From: Planctomycetota bacterium
Lineage (GTDB): Bacteria; Planctomycetota; UBA11346
Reading direction: 5' to 3'
Assembly: GCA_038213805.1 (NCBI GenBank)
Contig: JBBQSO010000002.1
Span: 74,361 to 138,360 of the forward strand
Length of the DNA stretch: 64,000 nt
Shown here: positions 35,024 through 47,500 of the stretch, one piece after another
Layout of the letters: every line of letters starts with the position of its first letter
Position numbering within the stretch: the stretch's first letter is position 1
Notes under the pieces: generated by a model
Told to the model about the DNA's origin: nothing
Databases searched by the model: none
The model's input: the letters and a program-made list of their open reading frames with translations, nothing else
Program-made: the position numbers and the translations under genes

Positions 35024-37411
35024 ATGTCGCACCGGACCCGTCTCGCCGTGGCCCTCGTCCTGGGTGCACTCGTCACCGGCACGGTCATGGCGGCCGAGCC
35101 CCAGGTCGCACCGGGCACCCCCCTGCCCGGTGCCGTGCTGCCAGACGGCCTGGGCGTGAACATCCACTTCACCGACCCCCGCCCGGGCGAGCTCGAACAA
35201 CTCGCTGCCGGCGGCTTCACCTGGGTGCGCATGGACTTCACCTGGCAAGGCACCGAGCGCGCCGCCGGGGCCTATGACTTCGCCGCCTATGACCGCCTGC
35301 TCGCGGCGCTCGACGGCAAACACCTCCGCCCGGTCTTCATCCTTGACTACGGCAACCCACTCTACGACGGCGGGCTGTCGCCCTGCACCGACGCCGGCCG
35401 TGCCGCGTTCTGCCGCTGGACTGCCGCCGCCGTGACGCACTTCCGCGGCCGCGGCGTGATCTGGGAGATGTGGAACGAGCCCAACGGCGACTTCTGGAAG
35501 CCGCGCGTCAAGGTCGAGGACTACGTCGCTCTGGCGCGCGCCGTCGGGCCCGCCATCCGCGCCGCCGCGCCCGGTGAGCTGTACGTCGGCCCGGCCACCT
35601 CCACCATCGACCTGCGCTTCCTCGAGGCCTGTTTCCAGGGCGGCATGCTGCAATGGTGGGACGCGGTCAGCGTGCATCCCTACCGCCAGACCGCGCCCGA
35701 GACCGCCGGAGTCGAGTACGCGCGGCTGCGCGCGCTGATCCAGCGCTACGCGCCCGCGGGCCGGCGGGTGCCGATCCTGTCTGGTGAGTGGGGATACTCC
35801 TCGGCGTGGGAGGGTATCGACGAGGCGCTGCAAGGCCGCTACCTGGCGCGCCAGTGGCTGACCGACATCGCCGCCGAGGTGCCGCTGTCGATCTGGTACG
35901 ACTGGCACGAGGACGGCACCGACCCCAAGGAGGGCGAGCACCATTTCGGCACCGTGCGCCACGCTTACACCGCGCTGGCCGTCGGCGCCCCGGCGGAATC
36001 CGGCCCCTACGCGCCCAAGCCCGCCTATCAGGCGGCGCGCGCCCTCACCGGCGCCCTGCGCGGTTTCACCTACTGCCGGCGCCTGGCGCTTGGACGCAGC
36101 GACGACTACGCGCTGCTCTTCGCCCAGGGCGAGCGCGTGGTGGTGGTGGCGTGGACCAGCGCGCGCACGGCCCACGAGGTGCTGATCCCGGCCAGCGCCG
36201 GCGCCATCGCGGTGACCGACCACCTGGGCGCGCCGCGCACCTCGCTGGTTGCCGGCCCGCACGGCGTGACGGTGACCCTCGACGGCGGTCCGCAATATTT
36301 GGCCCCGGTCCAGCCCAACGATTTGCTGCGCGTCGCCGCCGCCTGCCCGCGCCTGCCGCCCGAGCTGCGCGTGCACGCGCCGGCCACCCTCACCGTGCCA
36401 CTGCCCATCACCAACCCGCTGCCGCGCTCGCTGACTCTGGCGGTGGATGCCGGCGCGGGCGGTCCGTCCGCGCGCCTCGCCCTGCCACCCGGCGGCACCA
36501 CGCAGGAGCAGCTGAGCTGGCCAGTCGCGCTGCGCGAGGACGCGCCGCTGCGCCTGGTGTGGACGGTGGCGGACCTCGGCACCTTCGCGGAGGACGGGCG
36601 CATCGTGCCGACCAACCCCCTCGACCTCGAAGTGCTGCCGGTGCGCAGCCTCGACGCGGCCAGCCGGCTGCCGGTCCGCATCGCGAACACCGGCGGGGAC
36701 GCCTGCGCTGGCACCATCTCGCTGCTTGAAGCCGACGGGCTGAACGCGCTGTGCGCCGTACCATACGCCTTCACGGCCGGGCAGACCGAGCAGATCGTGT
36801 CCCTGCCCCTGTCCAAGCCGCCCGCCGGGGGCTGGCGTGCGGGCGTGGTCGCGCACGACGGCCAGAGGCTGGTGCGCACCGTCGCCGCGCAGCGCTTCAC
36901 CGCGCTGCCATGGGGCGGAGCGGACGCCGGCGCGCTCGCGACGGGCTGGGAGGTGCAGCCCGATGGCGACCCCAAGGTCGGCTCCACCCAGGTCCTGGCG
37001 CCCGCTGAAGACGCTCTGACCGGATCGGCGCTCACCCTCGATTACCAGTGCGGGGCGGGCTGGAAGTTCCTGCGCATCGTGCCGCGCAACGACGCGCTGC
37101 GCGCGCTGCCCGGCAGCCCGCGCGCGCTCGGCCTGTGGCTGCGCGGCGACGGCAGCGGCAACCACGCGCGCCTGCGCCTCACCGACAGCACCGGCCAGAC
37201 CCACCAGCCCGGCGGCGAGCGCATCCAGTGGACGGGCTGGCGCTTCGTGCGCTTCGCCCTCGACGAGCCCGGCGCGCACTGGGGCGGCGCCAACGACGGC
37301 GTCCTCCACTACCCGCTGCGCCTCGACACGCTGCTGTTGATCGATCAGGCGGATCCGGCGCACCCCTCGCAGGGTGTGATCGGCATTGCGGCGCCGACGC
37401 TGATGGAGTGA
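35024..37411 (+). CDS. Exported clan GH-A glycoside hydrolase (GH5/GH39-like) with C-terminal carbohydrate-binding-like domain
   Basis: Signal peptide; WEMWNEPN acid/base, VSVHPY, SGEWGY nucleophile; ATG 35009 is an alternative start. Confidence 0.85.
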   Translation: MSHRTRLAVALVLGALVTGTVMAAEPQVAPGTPLPGAVLPDGLGVNIHFTDPRPGELEQLAAGGFTWVRMDFTWQGTERAAGAYDFAAYDRLLAALDGKHLRPVFILDYGNPLYDGGLSPCTDAGRAAFCRWTAAAVTHFRGRGVIWEMWNEPNGDFWKPRVKVEDYVALARAVGPAIRAAAPGELYVGPATSTIDLRFLEACFQGGMLQWWDAVSVHPYRQTAPETAGVEYARLRALIQRYAPAGRRVPILSGEWGYSSAWEGIDEALQGRYLARQWLTDIAAEVPLSIWYDWHEDGTDPKEGEHHFGTVRHAYTALAVGAPAESGPYAPKPAYQAARALTGALRGFTYCRRLALGRSDDYALLFAQGERVVVVAWTSARTAHEVLIPASAGAIAVTDHLGAPRTSLVAGPHGVTVTLDGGPQYLAPVQPNDLLRVAAACPRLPPELRVHAPATLTVPLPITNPLPRSLTLAVDAGAGGPSARLALPPGGTTQEQLSWPVALREDAPLRLVWTVADLGTFAEDGRIVPTNPLDLEVLPVRSLDAASRLPVRIANTGGDACAGTISLLEADGLNALCAVPYAFTAGQTEQIVSLPLSKPPAGGWRAGVVAHDGQRLVRTVAAQRFTALPWGGADAGALATGWEVQPDGDPKVGSTQVLAPAEDALTGSALTLDYQCGAGWKFLRIVPRNDALRALPGSPRALGLWLRGDGSGNHARLRLTDSTGQTHQPGGERIQWTGWRFVRFALDEPGAHWGGANDGVLHYPLRLDTLLLIDQADPAHPSQGVIGIAAPTLME

Positions 37412-37416
37412 GAGAG

Positions 37417-37525
37417 GGCTGATGGCTGATGGCTGACTACCAACAACCGACAACCAACAACCGACCTCTGACAACCGGTGGCTGTCTTCCATCAGCCATC
37501 AGCCATCAGCCATCAGCGATCAGCG
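37417..37525. repeat. Inverted GGCTGAT/ATCAGCC heptamer arrays with an internal CAACAAC/CGACAAC array, between convergent genes
   Basis: 3 units at 37417-37437 and 5 units at 37491-37525; the last unit contains the glyA stop. Confidence 0.92.
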
Positions 37526-38809
37526 ATAGATCGGAAACCGCTCGCACAGCGCGCGCGCCTCGGCCTTGATCCCGGCCAGCGCGGCCGCGTCATCGCGACC
37601 CTTCAGGGCGCGGTCGATCAGGCCCGCGATCTCGACCGCCTCGGCGGGTCCGAAGCCGCGGCTGCACACTGCGGGCGTGCCGATGCGGATGCCCGAGCCC
37701 TGCTGGGCGGGTTGGTCGTCGAAGGGGATGAGGTTCTTGTTCACCGTGATGCCGACCTCGTGGAGCTTGTCCTCGGCCTGTTTGCCGGTGACGCCCTGGC
37801 TCATCACGTTGAGCGAGAACAGATGGTTGTCCGTACCGCCCGAGACCACCTGCCAGCCCTTGGCGATGAAGGCCTCGGCCATGGCCTTGGCGCTGGCCTG
37901 CACGGCGCGCATGTAGGCGGTGAATTCCGGGCGCGCGGCCTCGGCGAAGGCCGTCGCCTTGGCGGCGATGACGTGCATCAGCGGGCCGCCCTGGATGCCG
38001 GGGAAGACCCGGCTGTTGACCTTCTTGGCATGCTCGGGGCTGCGCGCGAAGACCATGCCGCCGCGCGGGCCGCGCAGCGTCTTGTGGGTCGTGGTGGTGA
38101 CGAAATCGGCGTGGCCGAAGGGCGAGGGGTGGCAGCCCGCCGCGACCAGGCCGGCGATGTGCGCCATATCGACGAACATCACCGCGCCGACCTTCTTGGC
38201 GATCGCCGCGAAGCGTGGGAAATCGAGGGTGCGCGAATAGTTCGAGGCGCCGGCGATGATCATCTTGGGCTGGAACTCGGTAGCGATGCGCTCGACCTCG
38301 TCGTAATCGATCGCCTGGCGGTCGCGGGTCACACCGTAGCTGGCGATGGTGTAGTCGAGGCCGCTGAAGTTGAGCTTGTAGCCGTGCGTCAGGTGGCCGC
38401 CGTGGTCGAGGCTCATGCCCAGGACCTTGTCGCCCTTCTGCAGGCCGGCGGCCATGTACACCGCCATGTTGGCCTGTGAGCCGGAGTGCGGTTGGACATT
38501 GACGCTGTAGTCGGTCTTGAACAACGCCTGCGCACGCGTGATCGCCAGCACTTCGGCCTGGTCGACGAACTCGCAGCCGCCGTAGTAACGCTTACCGGGG
38601 TAGCCCTCGGCGTACTTGTTGGTCAGTACCGAGCCCTGCGCCTCGAGCACGGCCGTCGAGACGATGTTCTCGGACGCGATCAGCTCGATGGTGTACTGCT
38701 GGCGGTCCCACTCGCGCTGGATGATCGCGGCGAGTTCGGGATCGGTCTCGGCGAGGGCGCGCGGGGTGGTGTGGCGGATGGACGAGGCGTTCGCGGACGT
38801 GGTGGCCAT
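37520..38809 (-). CDS. glyA: Serine hydroxymethyltransferase
   Basis: [43 protein letters not shown]. Confidence 0.98.
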   Translation of the reverse strand: MATTSANASSIRHTTPRALAETDPELAAIIQREWDRQQYTIELIASENIVSTAVLEAQGSVLTNKYAEGYPGKRYYGGCEFVDQAEVLAITRAQALFKTDYSVNVQPHSGSQANMAVYMAAGLQKGDKVLGMSLDHGGHLTHGYKLNFSGLDYTIASYGVTRDRQAIDYDEVERIATEFQPKMIIAGASNYSRTLDFPRFAAIAKKVGAVMFVDMAHIAGLVAAGCHPSPFGHADFVTTTTHKTLRGPRGGMVFARSPEHAKKVNSRVFPGIQGGPLMHVIAAKATAFAEAARPEFTAYMRAVQASAKAMAEAFIAKGWQVVSGGTDNHLFSLNVMSQGVTGKQAEDKLHEVGITVNKNLIPFDDQPAQQGSGIRIGTPAVCSRGFGPAEAVEIAGLIDRALKGRDDAAALAGIKAEARALCERFPIYR

Positions 38810-38855
38810 GGGCAGGCTCCTGACAGGTCCACCGGCTGGTGGAGGTTCGGGGGTA

Positions 38856-38956
38856 TGCCCAGGCGCGCGGCGGAAAGCTCGTAGAGCCAGGGACTTCCTC
38901 GCGGTTCTCCGCGTCGGCCCCGCCCATGGGGCAGAACCCAGCACCAGTCGTCCCTG
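38856..38956 (-). ncRNA. ZMP/ZTP (pfl) riboswitch
   Basis: Minus strand: P1 CAGGGAC/GUCCCUG, GACUGG, P2 GCGG-AGAA-CCGC then GAGGAA, 3' GCCGCGCGCCUGGGCA; directly upstream of glyA, a typical target. Confidence 0.85.
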
Positions 38957-39022
38957 CGCGGCATGATGGCGTCGTGCGATGGTGCTCAAGCGGCAACCCG
39001 GACCGGCCGCTGGGCGGCCGGG

Positions 39023-39143
39023 GTCCGGAAGTCCGGAAGTCCGGAAGTCCGGAGATCGACAGCCATGCGAAGCCCAGCGTGCATGCGGTGGGGATTCGAT
39101 GCCCACGAGACTTCCGGACTTCCGGACCTCTGGACCTCCTGAC
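39023..39143. repeat. Inverted pair of GTCCGGAA arrays (39023-39054 and 39105-39143)
   Basis: Four units per arm; the right arm starts ACGAGACTTCCGGAC. Confidence 0.9.
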
Positions 39144-39219
39144 CCTGGCCGGGCGCCGCCCGGTCAGCCGTGGACTCCACCCGGCGCGGGCTACGCTGCG
39201 CAGACCCAAGGAGTTCCCC

Positions 39220-39537
39220 ATGCCCGCCCGTCTGCTCTCCGTGCTCGGCGCCGCCACCCTGATCGTGATCTGCGGCCTCGCCGCGCTCACCGGCACCGGC
39301 TGCCGCCAGCGCAACGCGCCGCAGGTCTCGTACACCTACCACAAGGCGGCCGCCACCGACCAGCAGCTCACCTATGACGAGCAGACCCTGCGCGACACCA
39401 GCGGCGTGGCCAACGTCATCTCGCACAACAGCGACAAGAGCGGCGCGACCATCGAGCTCTACCTCGATGCGGGCAACCAGTCGCCCGGGCGCGACAAGGC
39501 CGCCCAACTCGGCTACACCGTCATCAAGACCAACTGA
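39220..39537 (+). CDS. Small lipoprotein-like protein, possible HMA/ferredoxin-like fold
   Basis: AAGGAG RBS; hydrophobic leader ending GTGC; ends AAQLGYTV. Confidence 0.65.
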   Translation: MPARLLSVLGAATLIVICGLAALTGTGCRQRNAPQVSYTYHKAAATDQQLTYDEQTLRDTSGVANVISHNSDKSGATIELYLDAGNQSPGRDKAAQLGYTVIKTN

Positions 39538-39630
39538 ATTTCCAACCACACGCGTCACCGCAAGCCCGCCGGATCGTCTCCGCGGGACCTGCCGGCCGAC
39601 ACTCCACATCAGCCTCCCAAGGATCACCTC

Positions 39631-41064
39631 ATGAGCGCTTTCCCCGACGAACTCGCTGACGCCGGCGTCATCGGCATGGCCGTGATGGGCCGCAATCTCG
39701 CCAAGAACATCGAATCGCGCGGCCACACCGTGGCGATCTACAACCGTTCCTACGAGAAGACCGAGGAGGTCATGCAGTGGGAGCACGGCAAGGAGGCGCG
39801 CTTCGTGCCCTGCCGCGAGCTCAAGGACTTCGTCGCCGCCATCAAGCGCCCGCGCCGCATCATCATCATGGTGCAGGCCGGCAAGGGCACCGACGCGGTG
39901 ATCGAGCAGATCGCTCCGCTGCTGGAGCAGGGCGACATCCTGGTCGACGGCGGCAACGCCTACTGGGGCGACACCGACCGCCGCAACGCCTTCGCCAAGG
40001 GCAAGAACTTCTTCTTCGTCGGCATGGGCGTGTCGGGCGGCGAAGAAGGCGCGCGCATCGGGCCGTCGATCATGCCCGGTGGCGACAAGGAGGCCGTGGC
40101 CAAGCTCATGCCGATCCTCAAGGAGATCAGCGCCAAGGTCGGCAAGAAGGGCGCTGAGGCTTGCGTCACCTACTGTGGCGAGGGCTCGGCCGGGCACTTC
40201 GTCAAGATGGTGCACAACGGCATCGAGTACGGCGACATGCAGATGATCGCCGAGGTCTACGACCTCATCCACCGCGGCCTGGGCAAGGGCCACAAGGACG
40301 CCGCCAAGATCTTCACCAAGTGGAACCAGGGCGAGCTCGCCAGCTTCCTCATCGAACTGACCGGCAACATCGCCGACAAGGCCGATCCCAAGAAGAAGGG
40401 CAAGTTCCTGCTCGATGCGATCCGCGACGCCGCCGGCCAGAAGGGCACCGGCAAGTGGACCACGGTCGCCGCGCTCGAGGCGGGCGTGCCGATCCCGACC
40501 ATCACCGCCGCGGTCGACGCGCGCCTGATCTCGTCGCTCAAGGTCGAGCGCGAGGCGGCCGCGAAGATCCTCAAGCTCAAGGTCAAGAAGCTCAAGGGCA
40601 TCACCATCAACGACCTCGCCAAGGCGCTCTACGCGGCCAAGATCGCGGCCTACGCCCAGGGCATGCGCCTGATCATCGAGGCGTCGAAGCAGCGCGGCTA
40701 CAAGACCGACATCGGCAGCATCCCCGCAATCTGGCGCGGCGGCTGCATCATCCGCGCGGTGTTCCTTGACCGCATCACCACCGCCTTCAAGAAGCAGCCC
40801 AACCTGCCCAGCCTGCTCATCGCCGGCGAGTTCAAGAAGGACATCGGCCGCACCCTGCCCGCGCTGCGCAAGGTGGTCGGCGCCGCCGTCACCGCCGGCC
40901 TGCCGGTGCCCGCGCTGTCGGCCTCGCTGGCCTACATCGAGGGCTACTGCACCGCGCGCCTGCCCGCCTACCTGACCCAGGCCCAGCGCGACGCGTTCGG
41001 CTCGCACACCTACGAGCGCAACGAGAAGCCCGGAGAGTTCGTGCACACCGAGTGGCTGGCCTGA
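39631..41064 (+). CDS. gndA: NADP-dependent 6-phosphogluconate dehydrogenase
   Basis: GMAVMG, VSGGEEGA, FVKMVHNGIEYGDMQ, QKGTGKWT, QAQRDAFGSHTY. Confidence 0.97.
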   Translation: MSAFPDELADAGVIGMAVMGRNLAKNIESRGHTVAIYNRSYEKTEEVMQWEHGKEARFVPCRELKDFVAAIKRPRRIIIMVQAGKGTDAVIEQIAPLLEQGDILVDGGNAYWGDTDRRNAFAKGKNFFFVGMGVSGGEEGARIGPSIMPGGDKEAVAKLMPILKEISAKVGKKGAEACVTYCGEGSAGHFVKMVHNGIEYGDMQMIAEVYDLIHRGLGKGHKDAAKIFTKWNQGELASFLIELTGNIADKADPKKKGKFLLDAIRDAAGQKGTGKWTTVAALEAGVPIPTITAAVDARLISSLKVEREAAAKILKLKVKKLKGITINDLAKALYAAKIAAYAQGMRLIIEASKQRGYKTDIGSIPAIWRGGCIIRAVFLDRITTAFKKQPNLPSLLIAGEFKKDIGRTLPALRKVVGAAVTAGLPVPALSASLAYIEGYCTARLPAYLTQAQRDAFGSHTYERNEKPGEFVHTEWLA

Positions 41065-41093
41065 GCGAGTCCACGGAAATCATCCGGGGGATG

Positions 41094-41131
41094 CGCCGAA
41101 CCGGCGGGCTGTGCCCGCCGGTTCGGCGTTT
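41094..41131 (+). terminator. Intrinsic terminator-like hairpin after gndA
   Basis: Perfect 16-bp stem cgccgaaccggcgggc/gcccgccggttcggcg, 3-nt loop, short TTT tail. Confidence 0.75.
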
Positions 41132-41321
41132 CCTGGGGAATGCAAGAACACCGGCAGATCTCGCACACTGGGTGACGATTGAATCGCGCCTGCAGCGTTC
41201 CGAACGGCCCAGTTTCCCATGGCTCGAAAGCGGTCCGACACCGCTCTGGACATCGCATGACGGCCCGCTGTCCTATCCACGCCGCTATGCCCACTTCCGA
41301 CGCTCCCGCCGCGACTCCGCG

Positions 41322-42320
41322 ATGACCCTCCCCAACTCTCAACCGACCTCCGTGCCCTCCCGCCGCGGCCTCGCGACGCTGATGCTGCTCGGGTCGTGCG
41401 CGTCGTGGGGGCTAAGCTTCCCGCTGATGCGCGCCTACAATCTCGCCATCGCTGGTCGGATCCCGGATGCCTCCAGTTGGTTCGCGGCCTCGTGGAGTTT
41501 GGCGGTGCGCTTCGCGGGCGCGGCCCTGCTGCTGCTCGCTTGGTTGGCGCTGCGCGGCCAGCTGCGCCGGCTGACCGCGCCCGAACGCGGCCAGGGGCTG
41601 GCGCTCGGCCTGTTCACCGCCCTGGGCATGCTGCTGCAGTGCGATGGCCTGAGCTACACCCAGGCTTCGACCTCGGCTTTTCTCACCCAATGCTACTGCA
41701 TCTTTGTCCCGGCGTGGCTGGCGCTGCGCAGTCGGCGCCTGCCCGATCTGCGCGTGATGGTCGCGGCGTTGATGATGATGACCGGCATCGCCATCCTCGC
41801 CGGCCTCGACTGGCGGACGCTGCACCTAGGCCGCGGGGAGTGGGAGACTATCGGCGCATCGGCGGTGTTCACCGCGCAGATCCTGTGCGTCGACCGGCCG
41901 GCCTACGCCGGCAACCACCCGCTGCACGTGAGCTACCTGGCCTTTGCGGTGAGCGCCGCGCTGTTCCTGCCGGTGGCGCTGGTCACAGCCCCTGCACCCG
42001 CGGCGCTGTGGCAGGCCCTGGCAGATCCGGCAATGGGCGCCTGCCTGCTCGCCCTGACCCTGATCTCGACCCTGCTCGGCATGGTGCTGATGTTCACCTG
42101 GCAGCGCCACCTGGAGGCGACCGCCGCCGCGCTGATCTACGGCTGCGAACCGCTCTTCGCCAGCGCCTTCGCTTTCGTGCTGCCCGGCCTGCTTGCAACC
42201 GCCCTGGGCATCGCCTACGCGAATGAGCGCTTCACCACCAGCCTGGTGATCGGCGGCGCGCTCATCATCGGCGCGAACGTGCTCGTCCAGCTCCGCCCGA
42301 AGGCACGCGCCGCTCCTTGA
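41322..42320 (+). CDS. DMT/EamA family transporter
   Basis: SWGLSFP, AVRF, GLSYTQAS and EPLFA motifs; about 10 TM segments. Confidence 0.88.
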   Translation: MTLPNSQPTSVPSRRGLATLMLLGSCASWGLSFPLMRAYNLAIAGRIPDASSWFAASWSLAVRFAGAALLLLAWLALRGQLRRLTAPERGQGLALGLFTALGMLLQCDGLSYTQASTSAFLTQCYCIFVPAWLALRSRRLPDLRVMVAALMMMTGIAILAGLDWRTLHLGRGEWETIGASAVFTAQILCVDRPAYAGNHPLHVSYLAFAVSAALFLPVALVTAPAPAALWQALADPAMGACLLALTLISTLLGMVLMFTWQRHLEATAAALIYGCEPLFASAFAFVLPGLLATALGIAYANERFTTSLVIGGALIIGANVLVQLRPKARAAP

Positions 42321-42477
42321 GCGGCTTCATTCCCACAGCGCTGGTGGGCCGCAGTCACCCTACTCGCGTCTCGCGACTCGCGTCTGCGACTCATTCCTTG
42401 CTGATTCCCCATTAACTTCCCCCTGCCATCCCCATGGCGCATGCCCGCCAAGCCCATCTAATTCCGCGGAGGTCGCC

Positions 42478-43017
42478 ATGCACATCGTCATCGTCCCCGG
42501 CACCAACCGCGCCGGCGCGGTCTCCCTCACCCTCGCGGGCCTGCTCGCCGCGGATTACGCCGCGCTCGGCTGCAGCGTCGACCTGCTCGCCCTCGAGCTC
42601 GGGCCGGAGTTTCTCGCGCCCACCGCCTACAAGCAGCCGACGCCGGGCATCACCACCATGGTCGGGCGCTTCCTCGCGGCCGATGGCGTGGTCTTCGTCA
42701 TTCCCGAATACAACGGCAGCTATCCGGGCGTGCTGAAGCTGTTCACCGACATGCTGCCCTATCCCCAGGGCTTCGATCGCCGCCCCTGCGCCTTCGTCGG
42801 CATCGGCGCGGGGCAGTTCCAGGGGCTGCGCGCGGTCGAGCACTTCCAGGGCGTGGCAGGTTACCGCAACGCTCACATGTACCCCAACCGCGTCTTTCTC
42901 GGTGCCGGCAAGGAGCTCTTCACCGAGGGCCGGCTGACCGACACCAAGCTCGCGGAGCGCCTCAAGGCGCAGGCGACCGGCTTCGTGAAGTTCGCTGGGG
43001 CGATCAAGGGCGCGTGA
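42478..43017 (+). CDS. NADPH-dependent FMN reductase
   Basis: GTNR, PEYNGSYPGVLK; GGAGG RBS. Confidence 0.92.
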   Translation: MHIVIVPGTNRAGAVSLTLAGLLAADYAALGCSVDLLALELGPEFLAPTAYKQPTPGITTMVGRFLAADGVVFVIPEYNGSYPGVLKLFTDMLPYPQGFDRRPCAFVGIGAGQFQGLRAVEHFQGVAGYRNAHMYPNRVFLGAGKELFTEGRLTDTKLAERLKAQATGFVKFAGAIKGA

Positions 43018-43484
43018 GCGGACCGCGCCCACTGATCGTCGCTGGCTGCCTGGTCACGGCCTTCGTGCCGGCTCTCGGCGGGTTCTGGGCGCAGCCCGAT
43101 GCGTGGTTCGCTGGGCTCGCTCGACCGCCGCTGACGCCGCCCGATTGGGTGTTCGGTCCAGTGTGGACGCTGCTCTACGCAAGCATCGGCGTCGCCCTGG
43201 CGCTGGTCGTCGCCCTGCCGCCGGCGCAGCGGGCGCGCGACTGGGCGGTGGCCTTCGCCGCCCAGTGGCTGCTCAACCTGCTCTGGACCCCGGTGTTCTT
43301 CGGCCTGCACCGGCCCGGTCTCGCGCTGGTGGTGATCGTGCTGCTGCTCGCCGCCATCGCCGCGACGATCTGGCGCTTCGCGCGCAGTCGGCCCATGGCC
43401 GGGGCGCTGCTCGCGCCGTACGCGGCGTGGGTCGCGTTCGCGACCTACCTCAATGCGGGTTATGCAGCGCTCAACCCAGGGTGA
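43014..43484 (+). CDS. tspO: TspO/MBR family protein
   Basis: PPDWVFGPVWTLLY, LNLLWTPVFF, PYAAWVAFATYLN. Confidence 0.93.
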   Translation: MSGPRPLIVAGCLVTAFVPALGGFWAQPDAWFAGLARPPLTPPDWVFGPVWTLLYASIGVALALVVALPPAQRARDWAVAFAAQWLLNLLWTPVFFGLHRPGLALVVIVLLLAAIAATIWRFARSRPMAGALLAPYAAWVAFATYLNAGYAALNPG

Positions 43485-43535
43485 CGCCACGAGCGTGCGC
43501 GACGCTCACGCGTTGCGCGCCGGTGATGTGCGCGC

Positions 43536-44426
43536 TCAGTAGGTGAACGACGCCGAGATCCCCTGCTTGATCACGATGGTCATGGTCATGGGCTTGCCCT
43601 GCATGTCGCCGGCGCAATCGAAGTTGGCGTCCATGGACATGCTCTGGCTGAGGCTGCGCTTGCTGACGTCGACCGGGAAAAGCCCGGTGAAGTGCCCGGT
43701 GAAGCTGCCCTTGGTGACGCTCATCCCGGGCGGCAACGGCATCGCGACCTTGCCGAGTTCCATGACGGCGCTGATGCGCAGGGCCGGCGCGCTGCCGCCC
43801 GGGACCAGCTCGACCACGCTGGTCTTGCCCGTGAAATCGGCGGGGTCGACCTGCAACTTCCCCTCCTTGACCAGGTCCGCCACGGCGGCGGCGCCGTCGA
43901 CGGGCCAGCTGTCGCCCACCGCGCGCCGGGTGGTGCTGCCGAAGATCTGATCGTCGTTCCGGTTCTTCGGATTGCTCATGTGGATCACCACTTCAAGGGC
44001 CTGGGCGAGCTCCGGCGCGGCTGCGGCGCCATTGATGCTGTAGACGGCCTTGCCAGCGCTGCTGTCGGCCTTGATCACCGTGCCCTTGGGCAGCAGCTCG
44101 CCGGGCACTCCCGCGCGGGTCACCGCAGAGGTGGTAACGGTGAAAGCGGTGGTGATCTCGCGCCCATCCGCCGAGATCGCCAGGACCTCCGCCTGCGCGG
44201 ACAGCTCAGCCGCGATCACCTGATCGCGCGCCGGCTGCGGCGCCCCGGCCAGGGTCATGGTCATGTGTTGTTCCATGGCGCCTTTGCTGACCACGGCATA
44301 GTGGTCGCCGACCTTGGCGGTGCGGGCCAGCTTGATCTCGTAATCCGCCGCCTGGGCGGGCACGACCGCAACAGCGAGCAGGAGCAGGGCGAGTGCAGGG
44401 CAGCGCAGGATGGCGGTGGGAGACAT
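43536..44426 (-). CDS. Hypothetical exported protein
   Basis: Signal peptide ending AQA; beta-rich body with a GDSWPV motif; GAGG RBS. Confidence 0.7.
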   Translation of the reverse strand: MSPTAILRCPALALLLLAVAVVPAQAADYEIKLARTAKVGDHYAVVSKGAMEQHMTMTLAGAPQPARDQVIAAELSAQAEVLAISADGREITTAFTVTTSAVTRAGVPGELLPKGTVIKADSSAGKAVYSINGAAAAPELAQALEVVIHMSNPKNRNDDQIFGSTTRRAVGDSWPVDGAAAVADLVKEGKLQVDPADFTGKTSVVELVPGGSAPALRISAVMELGKVAMPLPPGMSVTKGSFTGHFTGLFPVDVSKRSLSQSMSMDANFDCAGDMQGKPMTMTIVIKQGISASFTY

Positions 44427-44575
44427 GGTGAATCCTCGGGCGGTTGGGATGGACGGCAGCACGCGTGGCAGGTTCACAAGCGCAGCCGCAGGTCATAGCG
44501 GCCGCCCCTGGCTGGCAATGCGCAAGCCGGCCGACGCCGCTGGAGCGGCGCCACGCCGCACCATACTCCCCGCCC

Positions 44576-46391
<1,816 letters not shown>

Positions 46392-46411
<20 letters not shown>

Positions 46412-46540
46412 TGGCTGGCGGCTGGCGGCGGACGTGGCGCCTGTCAGTCCCTCACACGTTAATGGGCAGCCGCTCTGATCTCCATGCTCACCATGACGAC
46501 GATCCGCCAGCTGTCAGCCGCCAGCCGCCAGCCGCCACCA
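46392..46540. repeat. Inverted GGCTGAT/GGCTGGC heptamer arrays (46392-46433 and 46506-46540)
   Basis: The left array encodes LMADG and the mnmG TGA stop. Confidence 0.88.
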
Positions 46541-46653
46541 GGGGTGACCCCGCCGCCCTCGCGCCCCCCCTCCTGATCCCAGATCCCGATGTATACTGGT
46601 GCATCGCCAGCGCGGCATGACGCCACGCCCGGACGAGCAAGGACCGACCCCCC

Positions 46654-47319
46654 ATGGACAATGTGAAGTCTGAACCCAACTCCTGGCGCATGTTCCGCAT
46701 CATGGGCGAGTTCGCGGCCGGGTTCCAGACGCTCAGCGAGATCCCTTCGGGCATTACCATCTTCGGTTCGGCGCGCACCAAGCCCGGCCACCCCTATTAC
46801 GAGGCCGCCGCCGCCATCGGCGAGGCCGCGGTCGGGCGCGGCTTCCCGGTCATCACCGGCGGCGGCCCGGGCATCATGGAGGCCGGCAACCGCGGCGCAA
46901 AGCGCGCCTACGGCACCAGCGTCGGTCTGGCCATCAACCTGCCCATGGAGCAGAGCTCCAACCCCTACATCACCGTCGAGGTCAAGTTCCACTACTTCTT
47001 CGTGCGCAAGGTGATGTTCCTCAAGCATTGCTGCGCGGTGGTGGTGATGCCCGGCGGTTTCGGCACCCTCGACGAGATGTTCGAGGTCCTGACGCTGGTG
47101 CAGACCCACAAGATCGCGCCCATGCCGATCGTGCTCTACGGCCGCGCCTTCTGGAGCGGGCTGATCGACTGGATCAAGGCCACCATGGAGGACCGCGAAG
47201 GCTACATCAGCCACGGCGATCTCGACCTGGTGACCATCGTCGACAGCGTCGAGGAGGCCATGGCGGCGCTCGCCCACGTGCACCCCGAGAAGCCGAAGCC
47301 GCTCATCGCCGGCCAGTAG
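46654..47319 (+). CDS. LOG family (TIGR00730) Rossmann-fold protein
   Basis: FGSART, TGGGPGIMEA, FFVRKVMF, PGGFGTLDE. Confidence 0.93.
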   Translation: MDNVKSEPNSWRMFRIMGEFAAGFQTLSEIPSGITIFGSARTKPGHPYYEAAAAIGEAAVGRGFPVITGGGPGIMEAGNRGAKRAYGTSVGLAINLPMEQSSNPYITVEVKFHYFFVRKVMFLKHCCAVVVMPGGFGTLDEMFEVLTLVQTHKIAPMPIVLYGRAFWSGLIDWIKATMEDREGYISHGDLDLVTIVDSVEEAMAALAHVHPEKPKPLIAGQ

Positions 47320-47500
47320 GCGGCGGCGCGCGCCGACCCAGCATCCTCATTCGGGCCCGGGGAGGATGTACCGCAGAGCCTGCAGGTGACCCACAACGGT
47401 GTTCCCATACGCCGAGCGCATGCCTGGATGTGCCTCGGGACTGGCGGTTGTGCTTCCCGGCTGCGGCCGATCATCGGCGCCCCCCGACGGAAGCTCTCCC

